NCBI GenBank assembly: GCA_030141605.1
Contig: JAQGDQ010000012.1
Coordinates: forward strand, 124,001 to 188,000
DNA from: Tubiluchus corallicola
Taxonomy: Eukaryota; Animalia; Priapulida
Direction: 5' to 3'
DNA length: 64,000 nt
A program made the translations under genes and the position numbers. This document shows positions 40,415-55,400 of the stretch, in pieces. Numbering within the stretch: position 1 is the first letter of the stretch; each line of letters begins with the position of its first letter. The notes under the pieces were generated by a model. The model was not told the DNA's origin. It saw only the letters and a list, made by a program, of their open reading frames with translations, and searched no databases.

Positions 40415-43400
40415 CTCTTCTTTCTCTGTCTCTTTTCGCCCTTTCTTTCTGTAAAGAACATCAGTTCTCATAGGCTTCTACCATGGTTTTCTCTGATCAT
40501 TGTTACTATTTTATATTTAATATTAATTTACATAATTTTACCAAATCGTTGCTATTTTGTATGACAGAAGCCACGATGCTGAAGATATCATAGTTAGTTT
40601 GTCTATAACTATATTTAGTCTATAGTATATTTAGTCCTAACTCTTAAGACGACCTTGTACAATTTTAATATGAGCAGTATAATAAACGCTGGTAGAAGTT
40701 AATCTAGAATAAGTGTGACTCAGGCCATGTACTTTACATTAGCCGCTTGCGTTGTAATGGCAGATTTCATCCTTGGTCGTGTTTTACAACCGAATTTGAC
40801 TTTGGCGAATAATTGTTAAAGAGCAGCTTATTGAAGTGTATTTCCGTTCTACGCAACACATTCATTTTAAACTCGGCGGCGCATATATTCTTCACGTAAT
40901 TTCGACATAATTATTTTGCACAAAATTTATCAAACATTTGGCGTTTCACTGAGAATTTAATAACTTTTAATTGCCAACGAGCTTTTGTGATTTTTGCGGT
41001 TATTCAAACGTCAAAGCGCACGTTTAATTAATAATGTGGTTATCCAGACTAATTATCATTATGATGTACGCCATAACTTAATTAATATTTTATTAATGTA
41101 GACTTGTGGTTTCAGACCCTGTTAATTAAATTTCGCGTTCAATGATTTTATTAAATCGCGGAAAGGCAGTTCCATGTGACTTTGACACGATGATAATAAT
41201 TGATGAGTTGAATTTTCTGACCACTAAGACACGTAATAAATTACCTAAGTTCGGATTGGTTAGATGGGTGATTAGCTGGTCGTTTGAGTATAGACAGTGG
41301 TTTATTTGGTAACTAGCTTGTTTGTTCTTTGGATGGTTGATCAATTGACTTGTTTGTTTGTTCGTTTATTTATTGGTCTGTAAGTTGGTTGATTGATTAC
41401 CTAGCCGGTTTAGTTGTTAGTTGACAGATAGTGGAAGGATGGAGTGACTGACTAACTGACTGATGGACAAATGGGCAGACGGACTAACTAATCGATTAAC
41501 AGTTCGACTGACTTGCTGCCATGCTGTTCTATCTTTTATTAAGACACTCATGAATTCTATTGCTATTCTTGTGTTCAATTTCGATCTTCTGTAAGCTAGC
41601 CATTACGTTTTGATCGCATTGAGTTTAAATCAATTTGTTGAACAGTAATGTGTGTTATTATCTTGAGAACATGCAGTTACGGTGTCTGCGAGGTGAACAT
41701 TCCAGTAATTTTCTGATCTCCTGAGAATATACGTTAGCTGGAATCCTTGCTTGATAACATACATTGGCCGGGAACCCTCTGCTATTATTGTAAACCACAA
41801 AAATTGCTCATAAGCCGTCAATCTGAGCATTTTTGTAGCACATACTTTAGCGTTTCTTAACTTATTGCAATGCTCTTAACGCCTACAAAAGTGGTTGCCA
41901 AATGTTCCATAGACTGTTGTTAACATTAGACAACATTAGGCATATTCGGTTATTTCAACTAATCACCGATATTAAACTATAACAGGATTGTGCGCTGATC
42001 GATTAGCTCTCATTAGGGGAATGACAGCCTAACATTAGAGTTAAGACGACAGACTCGCATGTGTGAATGTACGTAGTAGAAAAAAACTATATTTTTGTTT
42101 CACTTTAAGAGAAGACATTTTTAACATAATATTTGCAGCATTTACTACTAATGTGATAAATGTATTGCTTTTTTCAGCAATTGAATCTTTAGACTTTGTC
42201 AACAATCAAATTCTCCTCTTCCTCGCGAATCCCGAAAAAAGGGCAGCTCTCGAAGCTGTTCAGACCGCTGAAGATCAGTCCAGAAAGCGGGATACGTTTA
42301 CAGGTACGTGTAGCCTATAAGTGACTAGGTCAAGCTTATAATCTAATAATCCGCATTCTACGTTCCTCACCAGTATAGTACATGTACGGAAATCAGCTCC
42401 GTAATGTTTGCTAATTTTTTTCCTTACTTATTCCTAACTTACTTTAATTCAAATTTATTCAACTTTGATAACTTTTTGACAGGAGTGAGTTGTACGCCAT
42501 ACTAACATGTCTTACTTTCACTTAATTGTATATATTCACATTGCTTACTTATCTTGTTAATTAATGTTATTTTGCTTGTTGATCTGTTTGTTTATTTGAT
42601 GTGATTGTACCATGAATACGAATAAAATGATATATATATATGTTAAAATAAATGTAAATATGGCCTAACCTAACCCAATCTAGCTTCTTTTTGCATAATT
42701 TAATTCTCCTAATTTGCTTTCACTAACGTTCTCTAACCATATAATTAAAATGCAATATTTATATTCCGTGATAGAAAGAATCCACAATTCTAAATGAATG
42801 TGAAAAGAAAATGAAAAAGCAAAGGGTATACCCAAAATAAATGCGTGTCATGGGGAACAGAGTTAAAATTTGCCTAATTGACTCATTTTTTAGTTTTACT
42901 CAATTATTTAATAAATAAGCGAATGGGCAGTGTCTTACTTACTCACTGAGTTAACCAGTCTAAAGGGGAACTATCCAAGTTAAGGCACGTATAACTTGTT
43001 CAGCTTTTCAACAGTTAAAAGAATAATTTATTTAATATTATGAACAAGCGACAGGGCTGTGTCATCCTTACCACTGTTCTCCTCAATGAATTCGGCAAGG
43101 GAAAGGATCCAAGCTAACAGGGCACACGTCACTTATTCACCCTCTCGACTGATTCACTTGGTTGGATCAGGTACAGCAGCAGCTGTCCTCATACATGACA
43201 CAATGGGTTGTTGGTATATGCAGCTGTTCCAGGCTTGTCATAATTTTGTCGTCATTGTGTGGATAATGTAGTTTGCGTCTGTTTGTCTGACCGTGAAGAG
43301 TTCATTTTGCCACACCGCAGTACTTTTAAATTTACGGTGAATGACGTGAGCAGAAAGATGTTTTTTAATAAACAAATTGTAGCGGTTTACTGAAGGGTAA

Positions 43401-46400
43401 AATATTTAATAGAATTCTAATAATTAACTAACAAGCTACTATGTTCGTATATGTACATTTAATAGTGTTTTACTTTACTATTGTATTTTAGTCTTTTGTC
43501 AAGTGGAATTATGTAGGATCGCCTTCTATACGTATCTGTAACAGTTTTGTACTATACTGAGTATCATTTATCAACATTCATTTTTTTTTATTATTTAAAG
43601 TTTATTGACAGTGATTCCTTTCAGTTTTAATTTAATGGCATGGTGGAATAAAATAAATCTGGCGACATATTTAAGAAAGCAATTAAAAAATTTGAAAACA
43701 TAACACAGACTAATTTTTAGTGACAAAAATATAATATGATAAGGAATATCTTTCTTTCTTTTTTCTTTTTTTCTTCTTTGAAGACATCATTGAAGAATTC
43801 TTTAGCCTGGACAGCACCTCATAGTTAGGTGTAGAATACTACGTTAACCGTCTTTTTACATTGCAGCATCTCTTTTGCTGATGCGGAAGCTGTTGCTGGA
43901 TGCTCAGCTGAAATTTCGCAAGATGGTAGACAGTAACAAGTGTTTGGCGGCCAGAGTCGACGGATCCATGCGCGCTGCTAATGAGGTATCTAGACAACTC
44001 TTAATTATTCATACTCTTGATGGATTTCAATTGTTGTTTGTCTTGACAGTATTGATGTCCGTGACTCTACAGAATTTGGGAGCTTCGGCAGAGGTTGTCT
44101 TACAGTACATGCTTTGAATTGATTCATAGATCAGGCGATATCTTGCATCCTTTTTTACTAGGAGTGCCTTAGCTTGCTGCTGAGCACCCAACTATTGACC
44201 AGGTGCTTCGTATTGATAGCTCAGTATGAATGAAAAGAGATTAGAGTTGAGGGTTCACAAGTTAAGTAGTGCATACGAACGTTTAGAGGATACTTGTACT
44301 TTAAAAACAGCACACAAAGTGTATCATTTCTTCTAGTGTTTCAGGTGAGTAGACAAAGCAGTTTTCTAAAATTCGCCTGTTTTGATTGCCATAGGTATTA
44401 CAGGCTGACCGTAATGAAAATTAATCTGTGTTACTAACCAGTCGTGATAAATTTTTGGTAATTAAGAAATTCTGAAAGCATATTTGCAAGCGGGACTTTA
44501 TAACATTTGCTCATTAAAATTTGTGATATTAAAATCTGTGTTTATCAAAGAGCCATCAGCAATCTGCTTCGTGCAATATATGAACCAAAAGCAAGTAATT
44601 AATTCATCTGCTTCATGTAATATACGAATCAACATCAAGTAATTAATTCATTACTGATTTTTCATTTTAGTGCGTATAATAAACATTTGTGATAATCAGT
44701 GCCAATTAAATGTTAATAATAGGCTACGTGTGTGGATATTCGCTTGATCATAATTATTATCTGTCGGAATATGAATATGTGGCTGCATAAGTTATAAACG
44801 CTTATCGCAATTATCTTTTACGGATAGCAAAATGAACGCTAGAAATTAAACAATAATATTCACGTGCATAAAACACACCTGTTGTTCAAACTTCCTCCAC
44901 AAACGTATTATGTCTACTAGCAGGTCGTTTAAATGTTAGACCATTTATAGGTGTACATGTTGAGCAGTTGTATGTGGCAGCGATTTAGTTTTTAAGAGAA
45001 CCTATAGTAATTGAATGCTAAAATATAAATTTGATAGGGCGTGCAGCGGGGTGTAGGGCGTACCAATTTTCGCTTTCGACGTCCGGAACGCGTCGACTTG
45101 TGTCCCCTGCATTCACACTGTCGTGACCTGGTGAGATGGTTGCTGTGAATATACTAATCCCTGGTTTAAGTTACGCTTTCTGTCTGTTTGGCTTAAAATA
45201 ACGCTGTGTACTCTGCGTATTCATTACGCTTAATGCGCTGTTGGGATTAGTCGGCTTGTATTAACGCTAAAGCGGTTAAAGGAATTAAAAAAGTAATGCT
45301 GTCACAAATTTTCGATGCTTTTGAATTGCTAATTTGTCAACTCGGATTCATATCGATAATCACCATCTCTATCACCACATCATCGTCGTTGTCATTATCA
45401 CCGTTCTGACTATCATCATTGTTACCGTCATTATCATTGGTATAATCACCATCATCTTCATCATTTTTGTCGGTCGATGCTATCTGTGACTCACTTATAG
45501 TTTAAAAATGCTGCATTGCAATTAAAATAGCCCATTGAGGGGGGGTCAGAGTCAAGCATGATTCACAACTCGTAAGGGCCAATGTGATGAGGTGCAGCCA
45601 AGGACAACTCACACAGTACAAGCGTCTGAGTGGTTTGAAAGCATTGCTGATATGTTTATGTGACTGACATTAAATATTAAATAGGCAAAGCAAATGTAAA
45701 AAACATTTTAAGCTTTTAAACCACAGGTATAAATTAAATTAAATGACGCAACTGTTTTGATTTAATTTAATTTATAACTTGTGAATTATAGTTCGCTGCT
45801 TTCTATAGCTCATTGTTTTTACGTGGTTGACGTTCAACTGATTGCGAAATTTAGCATTTTGTAATAATTATGAAAGGATTTCGTTACTTAGTGTGCTGCT
45901 TATTGAGTACAGACTCTTGACTTTGTCATGATTTTTGTGCCTTGTTAATTGCAGTGTCAAAAAGATATTTCGTTTCGTTCAATTTCTAGCATTTTTAATC
46001 ACATTGTTTGTTGAAATGATAGTCTTCGCTCGATAAACGGCATGCTGATTTCTGGACGCTGGCTCTTTCATGTTTTCATAGATTTCGTTATTGTTCAGTA
46101 CATTTGGGACAATATTCATTTGCGATCAATAATTATATCTTTACATTTTCTCTTTTCTCCTTAATCTCCTTCTTGTTTATGTTCCATTCTTGTGTACTTT
46201 TGTCTTTCTATACGTTCATCACATTTCGTTACTTTACTAGAGATTTAAAATCTTAGAGCATGGCACGTGACACACTGATTTGTCGTGGTCCAAGTGTTGT
46301 TGACGTGTTGTTCGTGAGTTTTGTTTTGGACATTCATCAAACTAAGAGTTTTATGAATGGGCACTAATTTAAAATATCGCAATATTCTAAGCAAATCTGG

Positions 46401-49400
46401 AACCATTTTTTAACAGTTTTGCAATTTGGGGGATGAAATGGAATTTAAGAGAGGTTTCAAACGTGACATTTTATTGGATGAATGTCCAAATGTGTAAAGC
46501 AGACTGAGCTGCCCTGATAAAAGACATTTCTGGTTTTTTGAGTGGGTTGAAAGTTTGATTCTTCATGCAGAATGTACAAATACTGGACTTCAATACACAT
46601 CCTTGAGACATTATGAACTGTTCTAGCTGAATAGCTCGCACCAATTGTACCATTTCGTCGCTCATAAAGAGGGCCTTTTCGTGGTGCGGGTTTCCGATGG
46701 TATACAACCTTGGTTTTAGAGATTTGGAGTCAGAAGCTGACAGTTGCTCTTCTGAGCAACTATTGTAATATCTCTAGCCTAAGCCTCTTCTCTATAACTT
46801 TTAAAGCCAATTTTGTTATCTCTTTTTTCTTCTCTATTCTCTTTCTTTTCTCTTTTTCTGTATTACATTTTTTACTGTTGCCTATTTTTCGTGCTATCCC
46901 TTTATAACAATTTTTTTCATTTTTACTGTATTTTACTGTATGTTACTTTTTAAAATTTTATCGAGACTTTATATACCTAACTCTGAATTATATGTGACGT
47001 TTCTTGAATTACTTAAGGACTTCATTTAATTAATGTTACAAAGAGACAAAAATCCGCAAAAGGAACTATTGGCTAATGCCAACAAATGCAATAGGTTTCC
47101 AATGTACACATACATGTATTTGTTTCTTGTTTTTTGTCTAGCAATTAAATGGGCTGAAAGCTGAGCTTGCTGATACAAACAAACGAATCATGGAGCTTAA
47201 TATCAAACACCAGGAGCCTACTATGGACAGTAGCATAGAGGATAATCTGTCAAGTAAACGTCTTTTTCTAAATGTATTTAGCAATTTTTTAGATGTCTAC
47301 GCAATAACATAGATTGGTTCATAATGACAAGAATAGTGACAATGAATGAAAAATCTCACGATTCATATTCATTCAAGTCTACCATAGGTCTATATTTTTT
47401 GTACTTAAATATTTCAACAAATCGTATTATTATAATTGCACTTAATACTCAAACGATTTATAGACTATAATAACGGTTTTTATTAAATGGTGTAGTACTT
47501 AACGGCTCAAGCGGCAAGAGAGAGGAACCAGAAGGAGAATTGCACAGGCAAGGAGAGGATGAAAGAATATCCAACAATAGCACACAAAAAGTAGAAGAGG
47601 TTGCATATGATCGAGAAAGAGCTGAACATATAGCCATGTTAGAGGCAGAACTTACACGATGTCGAGAAACAATGTCTAGTAGGTGCAGTTTTTCTCTTAT
47701 TATAATACGTGTAGCACCCTTTTTTTGATCCTCCTACTTGCAGTCATGATCCACCATGTGTCATTGAGCCAGAAGATTCATAAGAACTAAAAATGCTAAC
47801 TTCCCTTCTCTCCTTTCCTCTCTTTGCTTCTCTTGTCATCTTCTTTTCTCCTCTCTTCTCATCTTCTCCTGTCCTTATTTTCCCCATTCATCTCATTTAT
47901 TGCCTTTCAAAGTTCCGTACTTTCGTCGTCTTTCTTTTCCCTCTCTTTCATTCCCTACTTCTCTTCGGAATAAATGCTATTCATTTATTTTATTTCATTT
48001 CTTCCCAACTACTAGAAAATGTTGCTCCACTAGCAAATCTGGCTAACCGTCTACATTGGGTGTTAAAGGCTTATACGCAGTTACAGTTCTCACTAATTTC
48101 ATATTGACGCTGATAATTATTCCATAAATTTGAATTACTGAGTTTTTATTGTTATGACAGGCATGAGAGTGGATAGAAAGAAGCTACGCATTGAGAAGTT
48201 GGATTTGCTGAATCAGATGAAGCAGCTGTATGGGATGCTAGAAGATAAAGATCATGAACTCAGGGATTTTATCAGAAATTATGAGCAGCGTATGGAAGAA
48301 ACAAACACCGCACTGAAACGAGTAACATTGATTTCTATTTGCCTTTTTACTTTGTTTCGAGAAGACAAAAAAATTGTGGTGGATGTATGAGGGTATCCAT
48401 TCCTTTTCTTAAAATTCATAAGATCCAGCTCCATAAACAACAGTGGGAATTTTTTTTAATAATTAATCTATGATTGCTAAATTATTGGGAAAGTAGACCA
48501 AAACTATGGGAAAGCCATGTTCAGAAGGCTTTTCAAATAAGTTCTAACTGTGAATACAGTTGTCATTAAATAAGACACAGTCATTCAGTTCACCATCAGT
48601 AATAATATATGACTGATGAAATTCAAAAATTTGGGACTGAATTCTGTGTCTCCCAGCAATTTCACATTACTTCAAAAGTACAAGGCTAACCCCAGGTGTA
48701 GGCATCCCTTCGTGAATGTCAGTCCACTATCAAAAGTTAATTAGAAATCACTAACTGATCTTTCTTAAACCTCTAAATCTAAAGTTTTAGGTGTGATAGC
48801 CACTACTTGATAGAAGAGAAACGGTTAAATATTCAGAGTTTAACAAACTCACAATCAGTAACTGGTAATCCATGAAAAGTTTAGCCAAAAAGCACCAAAA
48901 TTTTGATCTGTGGATCTAAAACAAGGCTGCTCTATGTGTCTGGTTTTTGCTTTTGCAACAAGGCTAGGCATCGAGCTGTGGCACCACAGCTTCCATTGGT
49001 ATGTCTATTACCACAACCTGTTAATTCAAATTTTGCAAAATTAATTTTCTTCTTACAATTGAGGCATCATATTGTTGCACTTTTCACTGCCATGTAGTGT
49101 ACCAAGGAGTTTTAAAAAAATCATAACAAGTTCAAAAATGAAATTACCGATTTTCTATGTTTTTCCTCAAAAGTGTTACTTTGTTTCTTTTTAATTCAGT
49201 TAGCCACAGAGAAGCAAGAGTCAGAGAAAGAAAAATGGGCATTATTGCGAAGAGCACATGAAGCTTCTGAGCAAGTAGTTCTTCTACGAGCACAACTCGA
49301 TATGAAAGAAGAGCAACTGAAGCGAACTCAGTCAGAATTGAAGCAGGTTCAAGGTTACCTGATGAAGCTGGCAAACAGAGGAGAAGCCAGCAGGGTATCT

Positions 49401-52400
49401 CTTGGTTCACATTCGTGTCATGAAGATCCTCACAGCACAGGTGACAAATATTGTTAAGTGCTCCACCAATGTAATGGAATAATATAAAATAAAATTGTCA
49501 CACAGTAATTATAAGATAAGACTCACAGAGTATAGACAAAGATTTAAATTTTTACATGAAGGAGCTCAGTATAAATATATCACCTTCAATTTCATATTTC
49601 AGGAACTTTGCGAACTTCTAGTATGGAAAGATTGCGACCTGTTGAACAATCCCAAAGCTCGACTTCAGCCAATCAAAATATAGAAACTGATACTGTTTCC
49701 CCACCGACACCATATGACCCAGGTAATACTAACATGTGTATGCTAGCAGCAGATGGAACTCTTAAACGTCAAAAGAAATTTGGTGGCTCACTCACAAGAT
49801 TATTTGGCAGAAGACAGAGAAAGTCTTTTGATCCTAGTCTTGGAAAAGGTGAGTAGCTAGTTGGATTCTGCATTTAATTCAATTGATTATACGGTATGAC
49901 TTAGTATGAACTAAAAAAACTAAGCAGATGCATCATAGTTGTAAAACAAAAAAATGAAATGAAGAAATTGACACCCCAATACTATAAAACTGTTTTAATT
50001 ATGTCATTGCTGATTATTCATTCAATGAGTTTGGATATCGTATGCACACCTTATATCATGACATAGTCGCAAATTGACATGACAAATGCAGGATTTAATT
50101 GCACATACTAAAATTTATGATTTGAGGCATTTGGCCCAACAAAAAAGCTATTAGCTGATTACAGTAAATTTACTAGCGAGTCTTAATGCTTCCACAAACC
50201 CATGACGGTCTAGTTGATACATGTTTTGATAAGTGCTGCTTTATCTTGCTATATGATTTTTTTTGGTGATTTTTTTTGTAAAGTTTCGAATAAACATCTC
50301 CTGGTGCCATTATTTAACGTAATGTTAAGTTTTTGTACGTACTTACATTTAATGATTTTTGATGTTTTAGAAGCAGAGAAGTTGCTGTATGGTCGGAACA
50401 GAGTCAGTGAGATTACCTCCGAGCTTACAACAGAAAAGCTTCGGTTGGTTGATGAAGCAAAAACGTTACCAATGGATCAGTGGAAGCAGGCAACACTACT
50501 GGCATGGTTAGAAATTACTCTCCACATGCCAATGTATGTGCAAAAAGCTGCAGAAAATGTAAAGTCTGGAAAGGTTTGTGTCACACTCACATCTGAGAAA
50601 AATAACATTACTGTTGTAGATTTTCTGTCTGTACCATCTTATATTACTACTATATTTTCTTGCAATACACAACCAATCAACCATGACAAACACAAGTCAA
50701 TATTTATCACTATAATTGTTTCACAGACTCGTATAGCTTGCTCTTTGATTTGTTTCAGGTATTAGCTAATATGAATGATAATGAATTGGAAACAGTGCTG
50801 TGTATAACTAATTACATGCACAGAAAGAAACTTCGACAAGCGGTGGATGACTGCAAACATCCGGTGTTATGGTATTTCTCATCTGTCTTAAAACATTATG
50901 TTGTCTGCCATTTTCTAACAACAAAATTTACTTTAGCTGTAGATACTAGCTGTAATGTTTTATCACATGTACAATAAACAATTTTTATGTCTTTGGTAGT
51001 AGAAAAAATAATTAATTATTAGTAAGCTATATTTGTTTATGAAAGCTAAAACTTACTAATTTGCAAATTTTAAAACACAAAACCTATCTGCATCATAAAA
51101 ATTTAACATTAATTTTGACATTTGCAGCAAATTCCCTAAAATCTACTTGATGGACTACATTTGGGTAGCCGATATTTGGATGAGAAGCATTGGACTCAGT
51201 CAGCACTGCGAAACTTTTCGAGCACAATTGGTAGATGGCAGGGTGTTGAACACACTGCGGCGGAAAGAACTCGAGAAGTATCTTGGTGTAAATAAGAAGT
51301 TTCATCAAACGAGTATTTATTATGCAATTGAGCTTTTACGTGGTATGAAGTTTGATAAACATGTAAGTATTATTAAACCTAAACAACATTTGGCTCAAGT
51401 TTACAATTCCCCACACACAAGAAATTAGTTCATTAAGCAGATTAGTGGATTCATGAAGGGTTAAGGATTAGGGTAGGGTTAACTTAGGGTCTGGATTACG
51501 GTTAGGGTTTGGGTTAGGCTTGGATTAGTTAGCGGGAATTCTAAACTCCTTCCAAAATTTTAATTTTTTTTGCACCGCTTGCATAATAACTATAGTAACA
51601 AGAATTGTGAATAACATGAATGAAAAAATCAAAACGATTTTTAAACCTAGGGTTGCAGGGTAAAATAAGGCGAAACAGTTCGTATAATATATTTCTTTCA
51701 TTGTTGTCTTAAACAAAATTTTAAAGACATTATTAATATCAATTTTTTTCTGTTAATATCAAATATTGATATCAATTTACATTTTATGTTCCATATGTTA
51801 TTGTTACAGCTACTCATTGACCGACGACAAAGGAGTGAAAAATGCGGAAGTGACGATGTTCTGGTTTGGACAAATCATCGGTTTATCCAGTGGCTAAAGA
51901 ACATCGACCTTGATGTAAAATTTATTTTGCCTCTCAAATGTTGTTCTTCTGTTACCTTACATTAAAATAATGTTGAAATCAAACTATTGATTTTATAAAC
52001 TAAGAATTTATAATGAAACATTCCCATGCAGTTGAAAGAGGCTTCTCTCAGTCATTTTTTAGTTTTGCTATGCCCTGCATATACATTGTAGCTAACTGCA
52101 CATGTTTGCATATAGTTTGTTTAGATCTACGTAATATTGTTATAAACTTTTTCAGGAATATGCCGGCTACCTGACAAACAGTGGCGTCCATGGAGCACTT
52201 GTTGTCATGGAAACAACATTTACAGCAGATGCCATGGCTGCCATTCTCAACATTCCAGCTTCCAAGAATACTGTGAGAAAACATTTATCCACCGAATTTG
52301 ATGTCATTGTGAGACCAGCTAGGTGAGCCTGCATGTACTGTATCTTATGATTAATTTCAGTGGTATAGGGAGTCATATATATATTTATTTATATATTTGC

Positions 52401-55400
52401 TATATATATATATATATATATATGAATTCTCCCGTATAGGGAGTTATATATGTAACAATATCCGGCACTATTTTAATATGGACTTCTTTTTGATAATGTA
52501 GTACTTCGCGGGATGTCGAGAGTTTCTGTACCTGTTAAGTTGTTGTTCGTAAAATTATGATATAAAGTATTATTTCTAATTAACCCACTTTGTGTTTATC
52601 CTTATTTGCGCTGTTGTCGGGCATATCAAAACATGGTGGCAACGGTGGTTGATACGAGCAAACCAGTGGAATCCTGTTAAGTTTAAACAACGTGTGTAAA
52701 CTGCTCGTATTATTTTCTTCGTGTCTGCAGTGGCTGCTGTCATTATTAGTGTTAAACATTACTGCTACGACGTAATAGTGTGCAATGGCAAACGTGGTAG
52801 AGTTAAATCCACGAAAACTGATGAAACCTTCTTCGGATGGAAACAACAAGGAGCAGTGGGAAACATTCAAACAAGATTTCAAATATTTTATGTTAGCTGC
52901 TAATTTCAAAATAGGCTCGACGATGAAAAAGTTGCTTTACTGATTAACCTAGGAGGCGAAGAACTGAAGCAAATTTATAATGGTTTTACGTGGGCCCTGG
53001 TCACAGAAGACATTCCTGATCAATCAAGTGATTACATGAGTGTAGTCACAAAATTTGATAAATATGTCTATGTGAGGAAAAATGCTCTCAGTGCCAGAAA
53101 AGAATTAGTATGTGTACACAGCAAAACAGTGAAACAGTTGACTCATTCCTGGCCCGACTAAAAGTGTTAGTGAATGACTGTGATTTTGACACTGAAAAAG
53201 ACAGCATGTTACGTCATAGACTAATCTTCGGATGTAATGATATCTCGGATATAATCTTCAGTCTTTGCGAAAAAATTTTCAAAGAAGACTATGCACTGTT
53301 GAGTTTTGATCGCGCGGTAAAGACTGCGACAGCACACCAGACGGCTAAGCAACAGTTAGCAGCATGTCGAGATGACAACCCAGACAGATGATGCTATCTA
53401 CAAGTGGTGACGGCTTAAAGAAAAAACCCGTCAAGGTCAGTGAATCCTATTCAGTTAAACCAAGACTGAAAAACTGTGAGTTTTGTGGCAGAAAGCATTT
53501 GTGGCGTAAAGGTCATTGTCCAGCTATTGAGAAAAAATGTAAAAAGCGCTTTGGTTTCAACCATTTTGCAAGCAAGTGTAGATCTAGACAGCGTGAATCT
53601 CATAGTTATAATCAGACAGCAATATCAGCAAAGCCATACCGCAGAACTGTAAATACAGTGCAAAGGTCAGACAGTGAATCATCGGGTTAGTTCGTAATAC
53701 AAATTAGTAAAAATTCCAAAAAATCAGTCATGGCTGAGATGGAAATTTGTCATAGTGGTAAAAAAGTTAAATTCCATGTTGATTCTGGTGCTAATGTAAA
53801 TGCTATCCTATGGCATTTAGCAGACAATATACCACTTTAACCCTGCAATGTAAAACTGAAAACATGGAATGCAGCTGAAGTGTAGGCTGAAGATAAATGC
53901 AGACTAAATGTACATAACATGAAGAACAGAAAAAATACGTGTAAAATTTATTGTAGTAAAACAAGACTCAACCCCTGTGTTAAGCAAGAAAGCGTGTGAA
54001 CAGATGAACATACTCACTATTAACTATGAAAACATTCAAGCTGTACATAGTGAGTCAGATCTTCGAATCTTGGAGAAATTGGAACTTTGCCTGGTTCAGT
54101 TCATCTTACAGTTGATAATAGTGTTAAACCTGTGGCTATTGCTTCATGTCGAGTACCTGTCAGCATTAAAGGCAAAGTTAAATAAAAATTGACAGAACTT
54201 GAGACTAACAGTGTCATTGTCAAACAAGAAGAACCGACTGAATGGTGTAGCAGAATGGTTGCAAGTACGAAAAAAGACAATGATATTCTCATTTGTATTG
54301 ATCCCCAGGCATTAAATAAAGCATTAATGCATGAAATGCATCCACTTCCAGTCATCGATGATGTTTTACCAGAACTAGCCAAAGCTCACATATTTTCGAA
54401 ATTTGACCTGGAAAACAGTTATTGGCATTGTGTACTAGATCATGAATCGAGTTTGCTGACTACTTTTCAAATGCCTTTCGGTAGATATAGGTGGACAAGG
54501 CTTCCCTTTGGTTTATCAGTGTCAAGTGAAGTTTTTCAAAAGAAATTACATCAGGCATTAGATAGTCTTCATTTTGTGATATCTGTCTCGGACTATGTAA
54601 TGCTGTATGGAGTTGGGGACAGTGATGAACAAGCACTTGTTGATCATGATGTGCATCTTAAATCGTTGCTTCGGTGCAGTAAAGATAAATGCATAAAATT
54701 TGACAAGAAGAATATTGACTTGAGGAAATCTGAAATAAGGTCACAAGGTTGGAAAAGATAGTCTTCACACTGTTCCGTCAAGGCTTGCAGGTATGGTGAA
54801 TTACTTAGCGAGATTCTTGCCTAAATTATCTGAAGTGCTAGAACCAATAAGAAAGCTTACTGTGATTTATGCTGAGTGGTCATGGAGCAAAGAACAAGAT
54901 GTGATGATGTGATAATGTGATGAATCAGCTAGCTGGGATAATCATGAAAGGATGGCCTGAACGGAAACAAAATGTGCCTATATCCTTGCATCCTTATTTT
55001 CATACACATGATGAATACACTGTCCAAAATGGTCTTATATTCAAAGGTGACCAAGTGGTGATTCCTATGCGTATTTGCAAGGAAATGAAAGAAGCCATAC
55101 ATTCGTCTCATCTTGGTGTTGAATCGTGTCTAAGACGAGCTAGAGAATGTATCTATTGGCCGCGTATGAATGCTGATCTGAAAGAATTTATTTTGGCATG
55201 TGAGACCTGCAGTAGGTATTCGAGTAAACGACAGAAAGAAACACTCATCCAGCAGAGAGTGTAGATAGACCATGGCAAAAAATTGGCGTTGATTTATTTT
55301 AGTTGAAAGGTCACAATTACATGGTTACTGGGTGCTATTATAGTAACTTCTGGGAAATTGACTATCTATATAGCACGAAGGCAAAATCAGTCATAAAGAA

